Notes: generated from the sequence alone by a model not told the origin. DNA of 64,000 nt from an uncultured bacterium (GCA_964439935.1 CAYTPW010000009.1:1623-65622); one strand, 5' to 3'. Counted from the stretch's first letter, positions 1 to 11,368 are shown. Program-made: numbers and translations.

Positions 1-549
1 CGCATTGGTACCAACAACTCCGCCGCCGATCACAGTGACCGTGGCCGGCTTGACACCGGGAACACCGCCAAGCAGAATTCCGCTGCCGCCGAATGCCCGT
101 TCCAGATACTTGGCTCCTTCCTGGGCGGCCATCCTTCCGGCTACTTCACTCATTGGAACCAACAATGGCAAACTACCGTCTTCCAGCATTATCGTTTCAT
201 AGGCAATCGCCGTAGCACCGGTAGCAGCAAAATCTCTGGTCAACTTTTCGTCAGCGGCAAAATGAAAATAAGTGAACATGGTCATGTCCTGCCGACACAG
301 GGCTATTTCCGCTGGCTGGGGTTCTTTTACTTTGACTACCATCTCAACCGCGTCGAAAACTTCCTTGGGTGTGTCTACTATCCGGCAACCAACTTCCAGA
401 TAAGAATCATCAGAAAAGCCGCTTTCCACACCGGAATTACGTTCTGTGATGACCGTGTGTCCCCGGTTAACCAACTCCAGGGCGCCATGTGGCGTCAGTG
501 CAACACGCGATTCATTATCTTTAATCTCTTTTGGTACACCAATTATCAT
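1..549 (-). CDS. ald: Alanine dehydrogenase, N-terminal 183 codons (3' end runs off the window)
   Basis: Absent from the ORF track because no stop lies inside the window. My reverse-complement translation from the ATG at 549..547 gives MIIGVPKEIKDNESRVALTPHGALELVNRGH...GILLGGVPGVKPATVTVIGGGVVGTNA. This is the canonical Ald N-terminus plus the GxGxxG NAD loop. The frame stays open to base 1. Confidence 0.9.
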   Translation of the reverse strand, partial: MIIGVPKEIKDNESRVALTPHGALELVNRGHTVITERNSGVESGFSDDSYLEVGCRIVDTPKEVFDAVEMVVKVKEPQPAEIALCRQDMTMFTYFHFAADEKLTRDFAATGATAIAYETIMLEDGSLPLLVPMSEVAGRMAAQEGAKYLERAFGGSGILLGGVPGVKPATVTVIGGGVVGTNA

Positions 550-572
550 CTTAGACCCCCATAGTCTTAATG

Positions 573-2735
573 TTAAAACCGTTTTTTCTTGAATGGACGG
601 CTATGGCCGCCATCGCGACGAGGCGGACGTTCGCGGCGCTGTGGTTCACGCCATCCCTCTGGTTTGGGCAGGGTCGCCTTACGACTGAAATCATAGCGTC
701 CCTGATCATCTACTTTAATCAGTTTGACCCGAACCTTATCGCCCGGATTAAGTACGTCAGCAACTTTCTCAACCCGTTTCCATTCCAGTTCGGATATATG
801 TACCAGACCTTCCCGTCCGGGAGCATATTCCACGAATGCACCAAAGGTCATTAATCTAGTCACAATGGCATCATATTCCTTACCTACCTCCGGCTCGAAA
901 GTAATCGCTTTGACCATTTCAACTGCATCCCGACATCTTTCAGTATCACTACCAGATACAACCACATTTCCTTCATCATCAACGTCAATACCACATTCCG
1001 TGTCGGCAATAATTTTTTTGATAGTTTTACCGCCTGGTCCGATCAACATACCGATCTTCTCAGGATTGATCTGCAGCATCAGAATCTTGGGTGCATGAGG
1101 TGATAGTTCACTGCGCGGTTCCGGTAACGCTGCATTCATTTTATCCAGGATAAACAGACGACCTTCCCGGGCTTGGGCCAGGGCTTCCCGCAGCAGATCA
1201 AAACTAAGCCCAGCGATTTTCAAATCAAGTTGGATGGCGGTAATTCCATTGGAAGTACCGGCAACTTTGAAATCCATATCTCCAAGATGATCTTCAGTGC
1301 CCAGAATATCGGTCAGGATAGCGTATTTATCACCTTCAAGTATCAATCCCATGGCAATACCAGCCACATGCTCACGCATTGGAGCACCGGTGTCCATCAG
1401 GGCCAGAGAACCGCCACAGACCGAAGCCATCGATGAGGAACCATTCGATTCCAGGATATCGGAAACGATCCTGACAGTGTAGGGAAATTCCTGAGCTGTC
1501 GGAATCAAAGGCTTAAGCGCTCGTTCCGCCAAATTACCATGCCCCACTTCACGGCGGCTGACGCCCATTATCCGTCGCACCTCACCGACACAAAATGGTG
1601 GGAAATTATAGTGCAGCATGTAGCGTTTGGTTGTGTCCCGATCGATATCATCTATTATCTGTTCATCACGCTTGGTACCCAGGGTAACCGCCACCAGAGC
1701 TTGTGTCTCACCGCGGGTGAATAGTGCTGAACCGTGTGTTCTGGGCAGGAATCCCGGTTCGATCGTGATCGGGCGTACTGTCTTTGTGTCCCGGCCATCA
1801 ATCCGGCGGCCCTTGGTAAGAATGATATCCCGCATTACAACCTTATGGCGCTCCTGAATCAATTCCTTGATTACCGGGTCCGATTCGGGATACACTTCAG
1901 CCAGGGCGGCAATTGTTTCATCGGTCAGGGTATCCATGGCTTCATAATGTTCCATCTTATCTTCGATGGCGACAATATCAACCACCTTGGCATCTGTCAG
2001 ATCAGCAACCGCTTTTGTCAATGCTTCATTTTCTTCGACTTCCGGGATTGAACGTTTCTTTACTTCGCAATCCGCTATCAGCTTCATCTGCAGTGCGTTC
2101 AATTCCTTGATATAGCCGTGTCCGAATTCAATCGCATCGATCAAGATCTCTTCAGATATCTCACTCGCTTCTCCCTCGACCATGACCACCGATTCATCAG
2201 AACCGGACAGGACAATTTCCAATTCGCTTTCTTCCAGTTGATACATGGTCGGATTGATGATGAATTCACCATCGATCCATCCAACACGAACGCTGGAAAT
2301 CGGTCCATTCCAGGGAATATCCGACAGCATCAGGGCCGCGGAAGCACCGAAACCCGCCAGGGTATCCGGCGAATTTTCGCCATCACTGGAAAGAGCGGTG
2401 ATGATCACCTGGGTTTCGTATTTGAATTCCTTGGGAAATAAAGGCCGGATCGGACGATCCGTCAATCGGCAGGTCAGGATTTCCTTCTCTGTCGGACGAC
2501 CTTCACGCTTGAAAAAGCCGCCAGGTATTTTTCCACCGGCGTAATAGCGTTCCCGGTATTCAACCTGCAGCGGGAAAAAATCAATATCATCCCGTAATTT
2601 GTTGGCAGCATTCACCGCTACCAATATCATAGTCTCGCCATAGGTCACCAGGACCGATCCGGAAGACTGTTTGGCCACATGGCCAGTTTGTATCGACAGT
2701 TCGCGACCACCGATATTAATTTCGTGTTTTACCAT
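573..2735 (-). CDS. pnp: Polyribonucleotide nucleotidyltransferase (PNPase)
   Basis: 720 aa with two RNase PH-like halves followed by KH and S1 regions (GPGGKTIKKI; AIVTRLMTFGAFVEY). Lies directly downstream of rpsO, as is usual. Confidence 0.97.
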   Translation of the reverse strand: MVKHEINIGGRELSIQTGHVAKQSSGSVLVTYGETMILVAVNAANKLRDDIDFFPLQVEYRERYYAGGKIPGGFFKREGRPTEKEILTCRLTDRPIRPLFPKEFKYETQVIITALSSDGENSPDTLAGFGASAALMLSDIPWNGPISSVRVGWIDGEFIINPTMYQLEESELEIVLSGSDESVVMVEGEASEISEEILIDAIEFGHGYIKELNALQMKLIADCEVKKRSIPEVEENEALTKAVADLTDAKVVDIVAIEDKMEHYEAMDTLTDETIAALAEVYPESDPVIKELIQERHKVVMRDIILTKGRRIDGRDTKTVRPITIEPGFLPRTHGSALFTRGETQALVAVTLGTKRDEQIIDDIDRDTTKRYMLHYNFPPFCVGEVRRIMGVSRREVGHGNLAERALKPLIPTAQEFPYTVRIVSDILESNGSSSMASVCGGSLALMDTGAPMREHVAGIAMGLILEGDKYAILTDILGTEDHLGDMDFKVAGTSNGITAIQLDLKIAGLSFDLLREALAQAREGRLFILDKMNAALPEPRSELSPHAPKILMLQINPEKIGMLIGPGGKTIKKIIADTECGIDVDDEGNVVVSGSDTERCRDAVEMVKAITFEPEVGKEYDAIVTRLMTFGAFVEYAPGREGLVHISELEWKRVEKVADVLNPGDKVRVKLIKVDDQGRYDFSRKATLPKPEGWREPQRRERPPRRDGGHSRPFKKKRF

Positions 2736-2738
2736 AAA

Positions 2739-3014
2739 TTATATATTACCTCTTATTGATAAATCTTTAATTATTTTTACATATGCTGCTGGGTTCGTCC
2801 TGCGCAGGTATTTCATCAATTTCCTGCGTTTGGCAACCAACATTACCAGTCCACGACGGGAATGGCTGTCTTTTTTATGTACTTTTACATGTTCCGTTAA
2901 ATCCCGAATCCGCTGGGTCATCATCGCAATCTGCGATTCCGGCGATCCGGTATCTTGTTCATTTCTGCCATGCTTAGAAATTAGTTCAACTTTCTTCTCA
3001 CTGGTCAATGGCAT
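2739..3014 (-). CDS. rpsO: 30S ribosomal protein S15
   Basis: 91 aa, GSPESQIA...LTEHVKVHKKDSHSRRGL signature. Conserved rpsO-pnp pair. Confidence 0.97.
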   Translation of the reverse strand: MPLTSEKKVELISKHGRNEQDTGSPESQIAMMTQRIRDLTEHVKVHKKDSHSRRGLVMLVAKRRKLMKYLRRTNPAAYVKIIKDLSIRGNI

Positions 3015-3022
3015 AATATCTC

Positions 3023-3961
3023 CTACTTGTATTTACTTAATAGATCTAAACAGTATTGTTTATCTTCTTCTAGTTGTTCAATTAATTCTTCAGCCGAATC
3101 AAATTTTTTCTCATCACGGATCCGCTCCAGAAATTCGATCGTGATCTGCCGGCCGTACAATTCTTCATCTATCGCCTTAAAAAAATGCACCTCCATCACA
3201 AATCCTTCCTCATCGAAGGTTGGACGAGTTCCCAAATTACACATACCATAGATATTTTTTGAATTAAGTCTTCCTCTGGTGAAATATACTCCTTGGCCTG
3301 GTAATAACTGGTTTTTCTCCCGGGGGATGAAGTTAGCGGTTGGAAATTGTAAGGTACGTCCCCGTCCAACTCCCGGTACTACTGTGGCCTGGAAACCATA
3401 GACCCATCCAAGTTCGAACGACGCCCGGCGCACAAATCCTGCGCTGATCAGCTCCCGGATATGAGTGCTGGATATTACAACATTCTCATCATGAACCGGC
3501 TCTACCACCTCCACTTCGATGTCCTGAAGATCAAGCTGCGACCGAATAAAAACAGGTGATCCTTCCCGAGCATGGCCGAAATGGTGATCATAGCCAATCA
3601 CAATCTGCCGGGGAGCGAATTTGCTTAGAATAATTTCTTCCAGAAAGTCTGCAGCTGATATGTGGGAAAATTCTTTTGTGAATGGAATAATCACCGCCAG
3701 GTCAACCTTCAATTCCGCCAGTATGTCCAATTTCTTATCAATACTCATCAATAGCGGCAATTGCTCACTATTTTCATTTAAAACATGGCGGGGATGAGGA
3801 TCAAAACTGATGACCACCGACTTGGAATCATGGGCATTGGCGTATGCTACAACCCGCTTGATGATCTCCTGGTGCCCCCGGTGAAGGCCATCATAAGTAC
3901 CGATAGTCAAATAACATTCCGGCAGTTTAGTGAATTGATCTAAGCTGCGGATGATTTCCAT
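3023..3961 (-). CDS. ribF: Bifunctional riboflavin kinase / FAD synthetase
   Basis: 312 aa. N-terminal FAD synthetase region (GTYDGLHRGHQ) and C-terminal riboflavin kinase region (PTANF, GVY, NLGTRPTF). Confidence 0.93.
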   Translation of the reverse strand: MEIIRSLDQFTKLPECYLTIGTYDGLHRGHQEIIKRVVAYANAHDSKSVVISFDPHPRHVLNENSEQLPLLMSIDKKLDILAELKVDLAVIIPFTKEFSHISAADFLEEIILSKFAPRQIVIGYDHHFGHAREGSPVFIRSQLDLQDIEVEVVEPVHDENVVISSTHIRELISAGFVRRASFELGWVYGFQATVVPGVGRGRTLQFPTANFIPREKNQLLPGQGVYFTRGRLNSKNIYGMCNLGTRPTFDEEGFVMEVHFFKAIDEELYGRQITIEFLERIRDEKKFDSAEELIEQLEEDKQYCLDLLSKYK

Positions 3962-4602
3962 TTCGCTGCCAGATCTTCAATTGTGATGGCCGACTCCAGT
4001 GTATATTTGCCCACCGCTGTCCGGATCAGTCGGGTCAGATGACCTACCGTACCAAGCTTCCGGGCAATATCGGAACCCAGGACCCTGATATAGGTACCCT
4101 TACTGCAAATTGTGCGGAATTCTATAATGTCAGGCATAAACTTTATCAGTTCAAGCGTATGGATTGTAATCGGTGCCGGTTTCCGCTCAACTGATATATT
4201 ATTCCGTGCCAACCTGTAAAGCCTCTGTCCACCTATTTTCTTAGCGGAAAACATCGGTGGAATCTGGGTTTGTTCACCACGAAATAAATCCAGAATCGAT
4301 ATTATTATCTCCGCGCTCAATTTGGGAACCGATTTTGTGTCAATAACTTTTCCGGTGAGATCGTGACTATCGGTAGCGGTGCCTAACTTCAGTACGGCTT
4401 CGTACGTTTTATCTGCAGTAGTAACAGTCGTCAGCTGCTTGGTATCCCGGCCGGTACCTAGAACCAGCACTCCCTCAGCAAATGGATCAAGGGTGCCACC
4501 ATGCCCAACTTTTTTCGCGCCGGTGATATTGCGTACCTTTTTAACTACATCGAACGATGTCCAGCCAACAGGTTTGTAAATATTAATCAACATCCGCTTC
4601 AC
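3940..4602 (-). CDS. truB: tRNA pseudouridine(55) synthase (short form)
   Basis: 220 aa, KPVGWTSFDVV...GHGGTLDPFAEGVL catalytic Asp motif. Located in the nusA-infB operon. Overlaps ribF by 22 nt. Confidence 0.93.
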   Translation of the reverse strand: MKRMLINIYKPVGWTSFDVVKKVRNITGAKKVGHGGTLDPFAEGVLVLGTGRDTKQLTTVTTADKTYEAVLKLGTATDSHDLTGKVIDTKSVPKLSAEIIISILDLFRGEQTQIPPMFSAKKIGGQRLYRLARNNISVERKPAPITIHTLELIKFMPDIIEFRTICSKGTYIRVLGSDIARKLGTVGHLTRLIRTAVGKYTLESAITIEDLAAKWKSSAA

Positions 4603-4957
4603 TAGGGGGAGGTAAATCCGACAACAGTTTATTCATTTTTTCGGCATATTCGAGCGACTCATCGTGAATAAATTGCAATTCAGGCGTATGCTTGATCCGC
4701 AATTCAGGACCCAGATATTTGCGAAACGCGGAACTTAGTCGGTTTAGCCGTTCAATCACAGATGAATTATCAGGTTTTGGTTGTATAACGCTGAAATAGA
4801 TTTTGGCTTGTTTCAGATCGCTGGTAATCTCGACGCGCGTAAATGTAATAAATCCCAAATGGGATAAATCTATATTCCGGGCAGCAATTTCACCGAGAAT
4901 CTCGAGGATCTGTTGGGCGACTCGATCCGGTCGCCGATAGGGTGTCGCTAAGTTCAA
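4583..4957 (-). CDS. rbfA: Ribosome-binding factor A
   Basis: 124 aa, R..RVAQQILEILGEI and VEITSDLKQAKIYFS pattern. ATGA overlap with the infB stop. Confidence 0.9.
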   Translation of the reverse strand: MNLATPYRRPDRVAQQILEILGEIAARNIDLSHLGFITFTRVEITSDLKQAKIYFSVIQPKPDNSSVIERLNRLSSAFRKYLGPELRIKHTPELQFIHDESLEYAEKMNKLLSDLPPPSEADVD

Positions 4958-7449
4958 TTTGCTTCAAGTTTCCGCTTAATTTTCTTTACTACGAAGGATT
5001 CGATGATATCACCTTCGTTATACTTGGATATGCCTGCCAGACCAATTCCACATTCCAGACCTTCTTTCACTTCCTTGGCATCATCTTTAAAACGTTTCAA
5101 TGAAGATACCGTACCTGAACCGATGACTTCTTCATCCCGGATCAGGCGGGCATCTGCATTGCGTTTAATTAGGCCTTCGGTTACCTTACAACCAGCGATA
5201 TTACCAATCTTGGGGATTTTAAATTGGGCTTGAACCAATGCCCGGCCGGTGATTTCTTCTACCAAATCCGGTTCCAGTAAACCTTCCAAGGCTAATTTGA
5301 TATCTTCAACCACATTATAGATCACACTGTAATCCCGGATTTCAATTCCTTCTTGATTAGCCAACAGTTTAGCGTTCGAATGGACTTGAACCTGGAAACC
5401 AATTACAACCGCACCGGAGGCCGCCGCCAGTAATACATCTGATTCGCTAACCATACCCACCGCTTTATGCCTGATCTGTACACCGACTTCCTCGGTGTTA
5501 AGTTTTTCCAGTGTTTGGGCCAGAACTTCGACCGAGCCATCCACGTCACCTTTGATGATCAATGGTAAATTCTTAATACTGCCTTCTTTGATCATGGCTG
5601 ATATTTGATCCAGTGACTGAGTAGCAATTTTCTTATGATCGATTTCCCGCTTCAGACGCTGGCGCTCGGAGGCGATTCGCTTAAGATCCCGTTCATTCTC
5701 AACACCGGCAAAAATATCAGCTGCCTGAGGTACCTGATTGAAGCCTAAAATCTGCACGGCTTCTGAAGGACCGGCTTGTTTAATCCGATTGCTACGTTCA
5801 TCCAGGATCGCCCGCACCTTACCGGGATAATTATTACAGATAAACGGTGTCCCAACCTTCAGGGTACCTTTTTGGATCAAAACAGTAGCTATCGGTCCAT
5901 GTCCCTTGTCCAACCGAGCCTCTACCACCGTACCCTTGGCCAGGCCGCTGTGATTGGCTTTCAACTCCAGCATTTCCGATTCCATCAGAATGGCGGCTAA
6001 TAAATCTTCGATTCCCTCACCGGTTTTGGCTGATACCGGAATTGATTGCACTTTACCACCCCAATCTTCAACCAGTACTTTCTGTTCGGATAATTCCCGT
6101 TTGACCCGGTCAATATCAACATTGCTTAAATCTATTTTATTAATTGCCACAACTAATGGAACATTGGCTGCTCGGGCATGATTGATCGCTTCGATAGTCT
6201 GGGGCATAACCGCATCATTGGCCGCCACAACCAGAACAACAATATCGGTCACCTGGGCGCCCCGGGCACGCATAGCGGTAAAAGCCTCATGTCCCGGCGT
6301 ATCCAGGAAGGTTATCGGTTTACCGGGATTAACCTCTACCCTATAGGCGCCGATATGCTGGGTGATTCCGCCAGATTCACCGGCGACGACATTGGCTGTA
6401 CGTATATAATCAAGGATCGATGTTTTGCCATGATCTACATGACCCATTACCGTTACAACCGGCGAACGCTCATGAGCCTGCTTAAGGTCTTCTTCTGTAT
6501 CTTCCAGTGAAAATAATTCTTCGCCAATCTCGGTCAACTGTTCGGCCTGATAGCCAAATTCCTCCGCCAGCAATTCGATTGTATCCCAATCCAGCCGTTG
6601 GTTGATCGTTGCCAGAAAACCCAGGCTAAAACATTTTTGGATAATCTGATTGGGCGGTACTTCAAAAATCTTGGATAACTCTTCCACGTTGGCGAATTCA
6701 GCAATTTTGAGGATATTAACTTCCTCACCTTCGTCAACTTTTTCCTTTTTCGCTTTGGAATAGGATTTTTTCCTGGATTTGGAGTCTATCCCGGCTATTG
6801 TTCGGCGCACAGCATCACGGACAGTGGGCTTGACATCAGCCGCCTTCTCCTGATCCTTTTCTTTCTTGTCCTTGGCTTTAGGCCTGTGTCCCGATGTACC
6901 AATTTGCGATTCGATTTCAGACAAGTTAATCTTACGCAGCTTCCGCTTCTTACCCTTAACGGTTGATTTAACTACCTTGGTCTTTGCATCTTTAGCCGCC
7001 TTAACCTTATCCGCTGCTGCTTTTTCCTCGGCCAGTTTCTTGGCTGTCTTGCGGGCGGCTTCCTCGGCTTTCTTTTCCTCTTCCTTACGCTTGGCTTCTG
7101 CCGCTTTGGCTTCTAACCGAGCTGCTTTATCCTCAGCTTCCTTCCGCGAGCGTTCCTTGCGTTCATCTTCTTCGATTTTCCGCTGCTCAGACAGCGAAAG
7201 GATCTTCATTTGCTTACCGGAATGCTGCTCTTCCATCATGCGGGTTTCATGAATCTCCCGCCGGACCTGATCCTTTCGGTAACGGTCAACGACTTCCTTA
7301 TCCTTGGCAAACTCAGCTAAGATTTGATTGTAAACCTCTTCATTTACCGGTGACATGTGGCTGGATATCGCTTCCCCGTTTTTCTTCAGGAAGGTCATAA
7401 TCTCCTGATGAGAGATATTCAGTTCTTTGGCAATTTGGAAGATTCGCAT
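4954..7449 (-). CDS. infB: Translation initiation factor IF-2
   Basis: GTPase motifs [14 protein letters not shown] and NKID, with a K/E/A-rich N-terminal region. I prefer the ATG at 7449 ([17 protein letters not shown], a typical IF-2 N-terminus, no overlap with nusA) over the longest-ORF start at 7506. Confidence 0.95.
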   Translation of the reverse strand: MRIFQIAKELNISHQEIMTFLKKNGEAISSHMSPVNEEVYNQILAEFAKDKEVVDRYRKDQVRREIHETRMMEEQHSGKQMKILSLSEQRKIEEDERKERSRKEAEDKAARLEAKAAEAKRKEEEKKAEEAARKTAKKLAEEKAAADKVKAAKDAKTKVVKSTVKGKKRKLRKINLSEIESQIGTSGHRPKAKDKKEKDQEKAADVKPTVRDAVRRTIAGIDSKSRKKSYSKAKKEKVDEGEEVNILKIAEFANVEELSKIFEVPPNQIIQKCFSLGFLATINQRLDWDTIELLAEEFGYQAEQLTEIGEELFSLEDTEEDLKQAHERSPVVTVMGHVDHGKTSILDYIRTANVVAGESGGITQHIGAYRVEVNPGKPITFLDTPGHEAFTAMRARGAQVTDIVVLVVAANDAVMPQTIEAINHARAANVPLVVAINKIDLSNVDIDRVKRELSEQKVLVEDWGGKVQSIPVSAKTGEGIEDLLAAILMESEMLELKANHSGLAKGTVVEARLDKGHGPIATVLIQKGTLKVGTPFICNNYPGKVRAILDERSNRIKQAGPSEAVQILGFNQVPQAADIFAGVENERDLKRIASERQRLKREIDHKKIATQSLDQISAMIKEGSIKNLPLIIKGDVDGSVEVLAQTLEKLNTEEVGVQIRHKAVGMVSESDVLLAAASGAVVIGFQVQVHSNAKLLANQEGIEIRDYSVIYNVVEDIKLALEGLLEPDLVEEITGRALVQAQFKIPKIGNIAGCKVTEGLIKRNADARLIRDEEVIGSGTVSSLKRFKDDAKEVKEGLECGIGLAGISKYNEGDIIESFVVKKIKRKLEAN

Positions 7450-7468
7450 CAGTCGTCCGTCATAAAAA

Positions 7469-8806
7469 TTATTTATCCAATTCCTGCTCGGTCGGACTCG
7501 ATTCATTTTCAGGCGCCATCAAGTCAAAATCAAAGATAGATTCGTCTTCCTCAACTTCCGACCGCTCGACGAAATTCTGAATCGTATCATACATTTTTTC
7601 AATTGATACAGGGGTAATTCCCTCAATTGCCGCTAACGTATTATCGTCCGTATTCAATGCGTCTGAAACGAGGTTTATATTACCATTGGCCAATGTGGTT
7701 GCCAGATCCTCTGGAAAATCGGGGATATTTTTCAACAGTGTATTTTGATCACTTTGTTGTCGCTCATACTCCGATTTACCGTAAGCATCAATCCGATAGC
7801 CGGTTACACGGGCAGCAAGATTGATATTGACACCACCTTTTCCGATTGCCGTATCAAGATCATTATCACCGAAAATAGCTGCACAATAGCGTCGATCGTC
7901 ATCGATATAGAGGTTGATTGGCTTGGCCGGTGATAAAGCCCGGCTAATCAGAATTTCGGGTTGGTCGCTATGATTAATAATATCGATTTTCTCGTTATTC
8001 AATTCTCTTACAATCGCCTGGATCCGGCTACCACGCATACCAACGCAGGCTCCGACTGCATCAATCCGTCGATCCTGAGATTTGACAATAATTTTAGCGC
8101 GTTCACCGGGCTGGCGGGTAATTGTGGTAATTTCTATAATCCCATCCTCTATTTCCGGTACTTCCATCTCGAATAATTTGTACAGGAATTGGTTACTACT
8201 TCGAGAAACAATGATATCTGGTCCTTTGGGTGAAACATCAACTGATTTAATGATTGCCCGGATTGTATCACCACGGCGGTAACGTTCCGATTGAATCTGT
8301 TCGCGTCTGGGCATGTGCAGTTCAGCATGTTCAATATTGATGTAAATGTTGTCCTTCTGGACCTGATGCACCGCTCCAATAATTATTTCACCTACACGCT
8401 GATTATAATCTTCATAAATATATTTTTTTTCTACATCCTGGATCCGCTGAGCAAAAAACTGCTTGGCTGTCGCCACCAGTCGCCGTCCGAAAACGGTAGG
8501 ATCAATAACTTCAATATAGTCATCGCCAATATCCAGATCACCCAGATCCGGCTCCAATTTGCGTACATCAGCTAACGAAATTTCATGGGTTGGATCTTCA
8601 ACCTCGGCAACAATCTGTCGTTCAGCATAGATTTCGATCTCACCCTTATCGATATTGACGATTACACTGCAATTCTCCGAATCACCGCGCTGTTTTTCGA
8701 TTATATATAAAAACAGCTGTTCGATAATTGATCCTAATTCCGAACGCTCGACATTTTTCTCCCGTGCGATTTCAGAAAATACTTCAATTAATTCCCGGTT
8801 AATCAA
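7469..8806 (-). CDS. nusA: Transcription termination/antitermination factor NusA
   Basis: 445 aa. Order is N-terminal domain, S1, then two KH regions (ACVGMRGSRIQ, AIGKGGVNI), followed by an acidic C-terminus. Confidence 0.96.
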   Translation of the reverse strand: MINRELIEVFSEIAREKNVERSELGSIIEQLFLYIIEKQRGDSENCSVIVNIDKGEIEIYAERQIVAEVEDPTHEISLADVRKLEPDLGDLDIGDDYIEVIDPTVFGRRLVATAKQFFAQRIQDVEKKYIYEDYNQRVGEIIIGAVHQVQKDNIYINIEHAELHMPRREQIQSERYRRGDTIRAIIKSVDVSPKGPDIIVSRSSNQFLYKLFEMEVPEIEDGIIEITTITRQPGERAKIIVKSQDRRIDAVGACVGMRGSRIQAIVRELNNEKIDIINHSDQPEILISRALSPAKPINLYIDDDRRYCAAIFGDNDLDTAIGKGGVNINLAARVTGYRIDAYGKSEYERQQSDQNTLLKNIPDFPEDLATTLANGNINLVSDALNTDDNTLAAIEGITPVSIEKMYDTIQNFVERSEVEEDESIFDFDLMAPENESSPTEQELDK

Positions 8807-8818
8807 AAATGACCTCCA

Positions 8819-9292
8819 TTAACCCTTAAAGGAAACTATTAAGTTGGCTTGAATTATCTGCTTAAACGGGATAAACTGGTTGGGATTTTTTTTCCCACTG
8901 ATAAAAATACCTGTTTCTTCGACTTTCGTTAATTTTCCTAGCAGTTCGCTGCTTTGATCTTCACGCAGTTTTAGTCTGAGAGTCCGGTTAATATTTTTCC
9001 GGTACTGAAACGAGTGCTCAAGGGGAGAATCAATTCCAGGTGAGGTTACTTCAAGGCGTAATCCATCGGGAAATAATTCTTCTATTTCATCGGCATCCTT
9101 GATCAGCCGCGTAATCCGGGTCACCATGTCTAGCGATACCGGAATTTCGGAATCGATAATAATCCTCAAAGGCGAATTGATTCCATCACCGCGCACTTCC
9201 AGAACGACCACTTTTTCAGCAGCGACCAAATTTCTAATTATTTGCGTTATCTGTTCCATCTCGTTCAGTAAAAGAAAAGTGGGTGTTGTCAA
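8819..9292 (-). CDS. rimP: Ribosome maturation factor RimP
   Basis: 157 aa directly upstream of nusA, with an LEVTSPGIDSPL motif. The true start may be the internal Met at 9259. Confidence 0.85.
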   Translation of the reverse strand: MTTPTFLLLNEMEQITQIIRNLVAAEKVVVLEVRGDGINSPLRIIIDSEIPVSLDMVTRITRLIKDADEIEELFPDGLRLEVTSPGIDSPLEHSFQYRKNINRTLRLKLREDQSSELLGKLTKVEETGIFISGKKNPNQFIPFKQIIQANLIVSFKG

Positions 9293-9349
9293 CCCACTTT
9301 TCAGCCCTGATTTTACTTGTAATTATTTACTTTACCAAGCCATTTATCG

Positions 9350-10030
9350 TCATTCTAGGGCCAGTAATTGACCAGACAATTCTTCCACCCGCTTTTTTAT
9401 TGCAGCCGGTAATGCTTCATCAACCATAATCTGCTTGACCAGCTTATCCGCCGCATCGATTTGATCATTGCGTAAGTACAATTTGGCCAGTGCGAGTTGT
9501 TTTCCCACCTGGTCACCTTTGCTGGAGGCTGATTTTACGGCATTAGTGGACATTTTGATCGCTGTCTCAATATCAGCTGCCTGTTCGTTGATATCCGCTA
9601 GCATGGTGTAGGCGTTTGATGTCAAAAGATCAACTGGTGATCCGCTAACGAAATCTGTGAGGTAGGTTTCCGCCATCGGCAGGTCATTTTGATCGTAAAG
9701 GATTTGACCAAGATAATACATTGCCAGCTTGCCATGCTGATTTCCGGAGTACTCATCATTGACAAACTCAAATTGGAGTCGGGCATTTGACAGATCATTG
9801 GACATGAAAGCGACCAGGGCTTTGCCAAAAGCTGTACGGGCATCCATATTGATGGTGCGATTACGTTCGATCAAAACAAAAGCTACTATCAGAACAACCG
9901 CTGCAACGGCAGCAATTCTGAAGATCGCAGTGCGATTTTTTTTATAATAGGTTTGTGCTTTGTAAGTTGTTTCCAGCAGAGGGTCCTGCTTGATTTCTTT
10001 TTTTGTTATCTTCTTTTTTGGTTTAAGCAT
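9350..10030 (-). CDS. Membrane-anchored TPR-like protein (YfgM-like architecture)
   Basis: 226 aa with a basic N-terminus, one TM helix (FRIAAVAAVVLIVAFVLI) and a helical repeat region. No catalytic motif recognized. Confidence 0.6.
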   Translation of the reverse strand: MLKPKKKITKKEIKQDPLLETTYKAQTYYKKNRTAIFRIAAVAAVVLIVAFVLIERNRTINMDARTAFGKALVAFMSNDLSNARLQFEFVNDEYSGNQHGKLAMYYLGQILYDQNDLPMAETYLTDFVSGSPVDLLTSNAYTMLADINEQAADIETAIKMSTNAVKSASSKGDQVGKQLALAKLYLRNDQIDAADKLVKQIMVDEALPAAIKKRVEELSGQLLALE

Positions 10031-10208
10031 TATGTCTCCATTCCCTTTCAGGAATTTTTAATATCCGGCCAGCCGGCTATTGATTAATTTCTATCAAATT
10101 TTAATTCCCCGTATTTAGGTGGTACCGCTTTTTTCAGGCACGGATTCGCAGTTATTGCCGTCCGAGTGATACCAGCCAGGTCAGATCGGGGGATTCTCAA
10201 ATAACCAG

Positions 10209-10282
<74 letters not shown>

Positions 10283-10334
10283 AGCCTGGGAAATTAATTC
10301 TATATATAGATGTATGAAAAGCAGGAAAATCTAT

Positions 10335-11348
10335 TTAAACAGCAGTTTCATCCTTCAAGTCGCGGGTCATCAGATTGCGGACCGCCTGGATCGGATCCAT
10401 ACCCTTAAATAATACCTTGTACATTATTTCGGAGATTGGCATCTCTACCTGATATTTATTCAGCAACTGATGCACGGAAGTCGCAGTCTTCACCCCTTCT
10501 GCCACCATTTTCATATCAGCCAGTATCTCATCCAGTTTACGTCCCCGGCCGATTTCTTCGCCCACATAGCGATTGCGGCTGTGTTTGCTGAGACAGGTGA
10601 CAATCAGGTCACCGATCCCGCTCAATCCGGCGAATGTCTCCCTCTGGGCGCCCATTTTGAGCCCCAGGCGGGTGATCTCCACAATACCGCGCGTCAGGAG
10701 TGCTGCCTTGGTATTATCTCCAAAGCCGACTCCGTCACAGATACCGGAGGCAATTGCAATTACGTTTTTCAACGAACCACCCAGCTCAACACCCAGGATA
10801 TCATTATTAGTATATACGCGCATAACGGGATTGGCAAAGATATGCTGAACCAGCCGAGCTGCATCTTGAGATTTGGAAGCGGCCACCAGGGTAGTGGGTA
10901 CTCGTCGAGCCACCTCCTCTGCGTGACTGGGGCCATATAGAGTCACGATCCGTTCATTCTCAATTCCAGCCACGGAAGATATGACCTGACTCATGGTCAA
11001 CAGCGAATTATTCTCAATGCCCTTAGCCAGGTTAACGATAATCGCGTCGGGTGGAATAAAATCCTTGATTTCATCGATAACCGGCCGGACAATGTGGGAC
11101 GGCACAGCTACCACTATCAAATCCGCATTTTCCAGAGCTGTTGTTAAAGAGCCTGCAAATTCAATATTATCGGAAAAAACCAGTTCCGGAATAAAAGGAT
11201 GCCGACGAGTTTTTTCCATTCGCTCCAGTTCATCAGCGAACTTATGCCATACTTTTAATGCGTATTCGTTCTCCGCCAATAACTGGGCCACGGTACCTCC
11301 CCAGGAACCGCAGCCCAATACAGTGATTTTCTTGTCGATGTAATTCAT
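10335..11348 (-). CDS. gpsA: NAD(P)H-dependent glycerol-3-phosphate dehydrogenase
   Basis: 337 aa, N-terminal VLGCGSWGGTVA Rossmann loop and LKNVIAIASG motif. Confidence 0.93.
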   Translation of the reverse strand: MNYIDKKITVLGCGSWGGTVAQLLAENEYALKVWHKFADELERMEKTRRHPFIPELVFSDNIEFAGSLTTALENADLIVVAVPSHIVRPVIDEIKDFIPPDAIIVNLAKGIENNSLLTMSQVISSVAGIENERIVTLYGPSHAEEVARRVPTTLVAASKSQDAARLVQHIFANPVMRVYTNNDILGVELGGSLKNVIAIASGICDGVGFGDNTKAALLTRGIVEITRLGLKMGAQRETFAGLSGIGDLIVTCLSKHSRNRYVGEEIGRGRKLDEILADMKMVAEGVKTATSVHQLLNKYQVEMPISEIMYKVLFKGMDPIQAVRNLMTRDLKDETAV

Positions 11349-11368
11349 ATTATATCACTGAAGTGTTG

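Noticed and set aside
3940-3961. Unusually long gene overlaps (20-35 nt) at several junctions: truB/ribF, rbfA/truB, recA/recX, cinA/thpR, GntR/beta-helix
   Set aside because: This could be a real genome habit, since the 23-nt selW/266-aa overlap has no alternative start. However, several of these have plausible downstream start codons. I therefore do not treat the pattern as a finding without start-site evidence.
6866-7252. 128-aa plus-strand ORF rich in S/A/L
   Set aside because: Antisense to the K/E/A-rich low-complexity N-terminal region of infB. It is a compositional artefact, as are the many other antisense or alternate-frame ORFs inside pnp, nusA, gpsA, recA, cinA and the alanine symporter gene.
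7450-7506. 19-codon N-terminal extension of infB (longest ORF)
   Set aside because: The extension overlaps nusA by 38 nt and has no IF-2-like sequence. The Met at 7449 begins a typical IF-2 N-terminus. The extension is noted as an alternative only.
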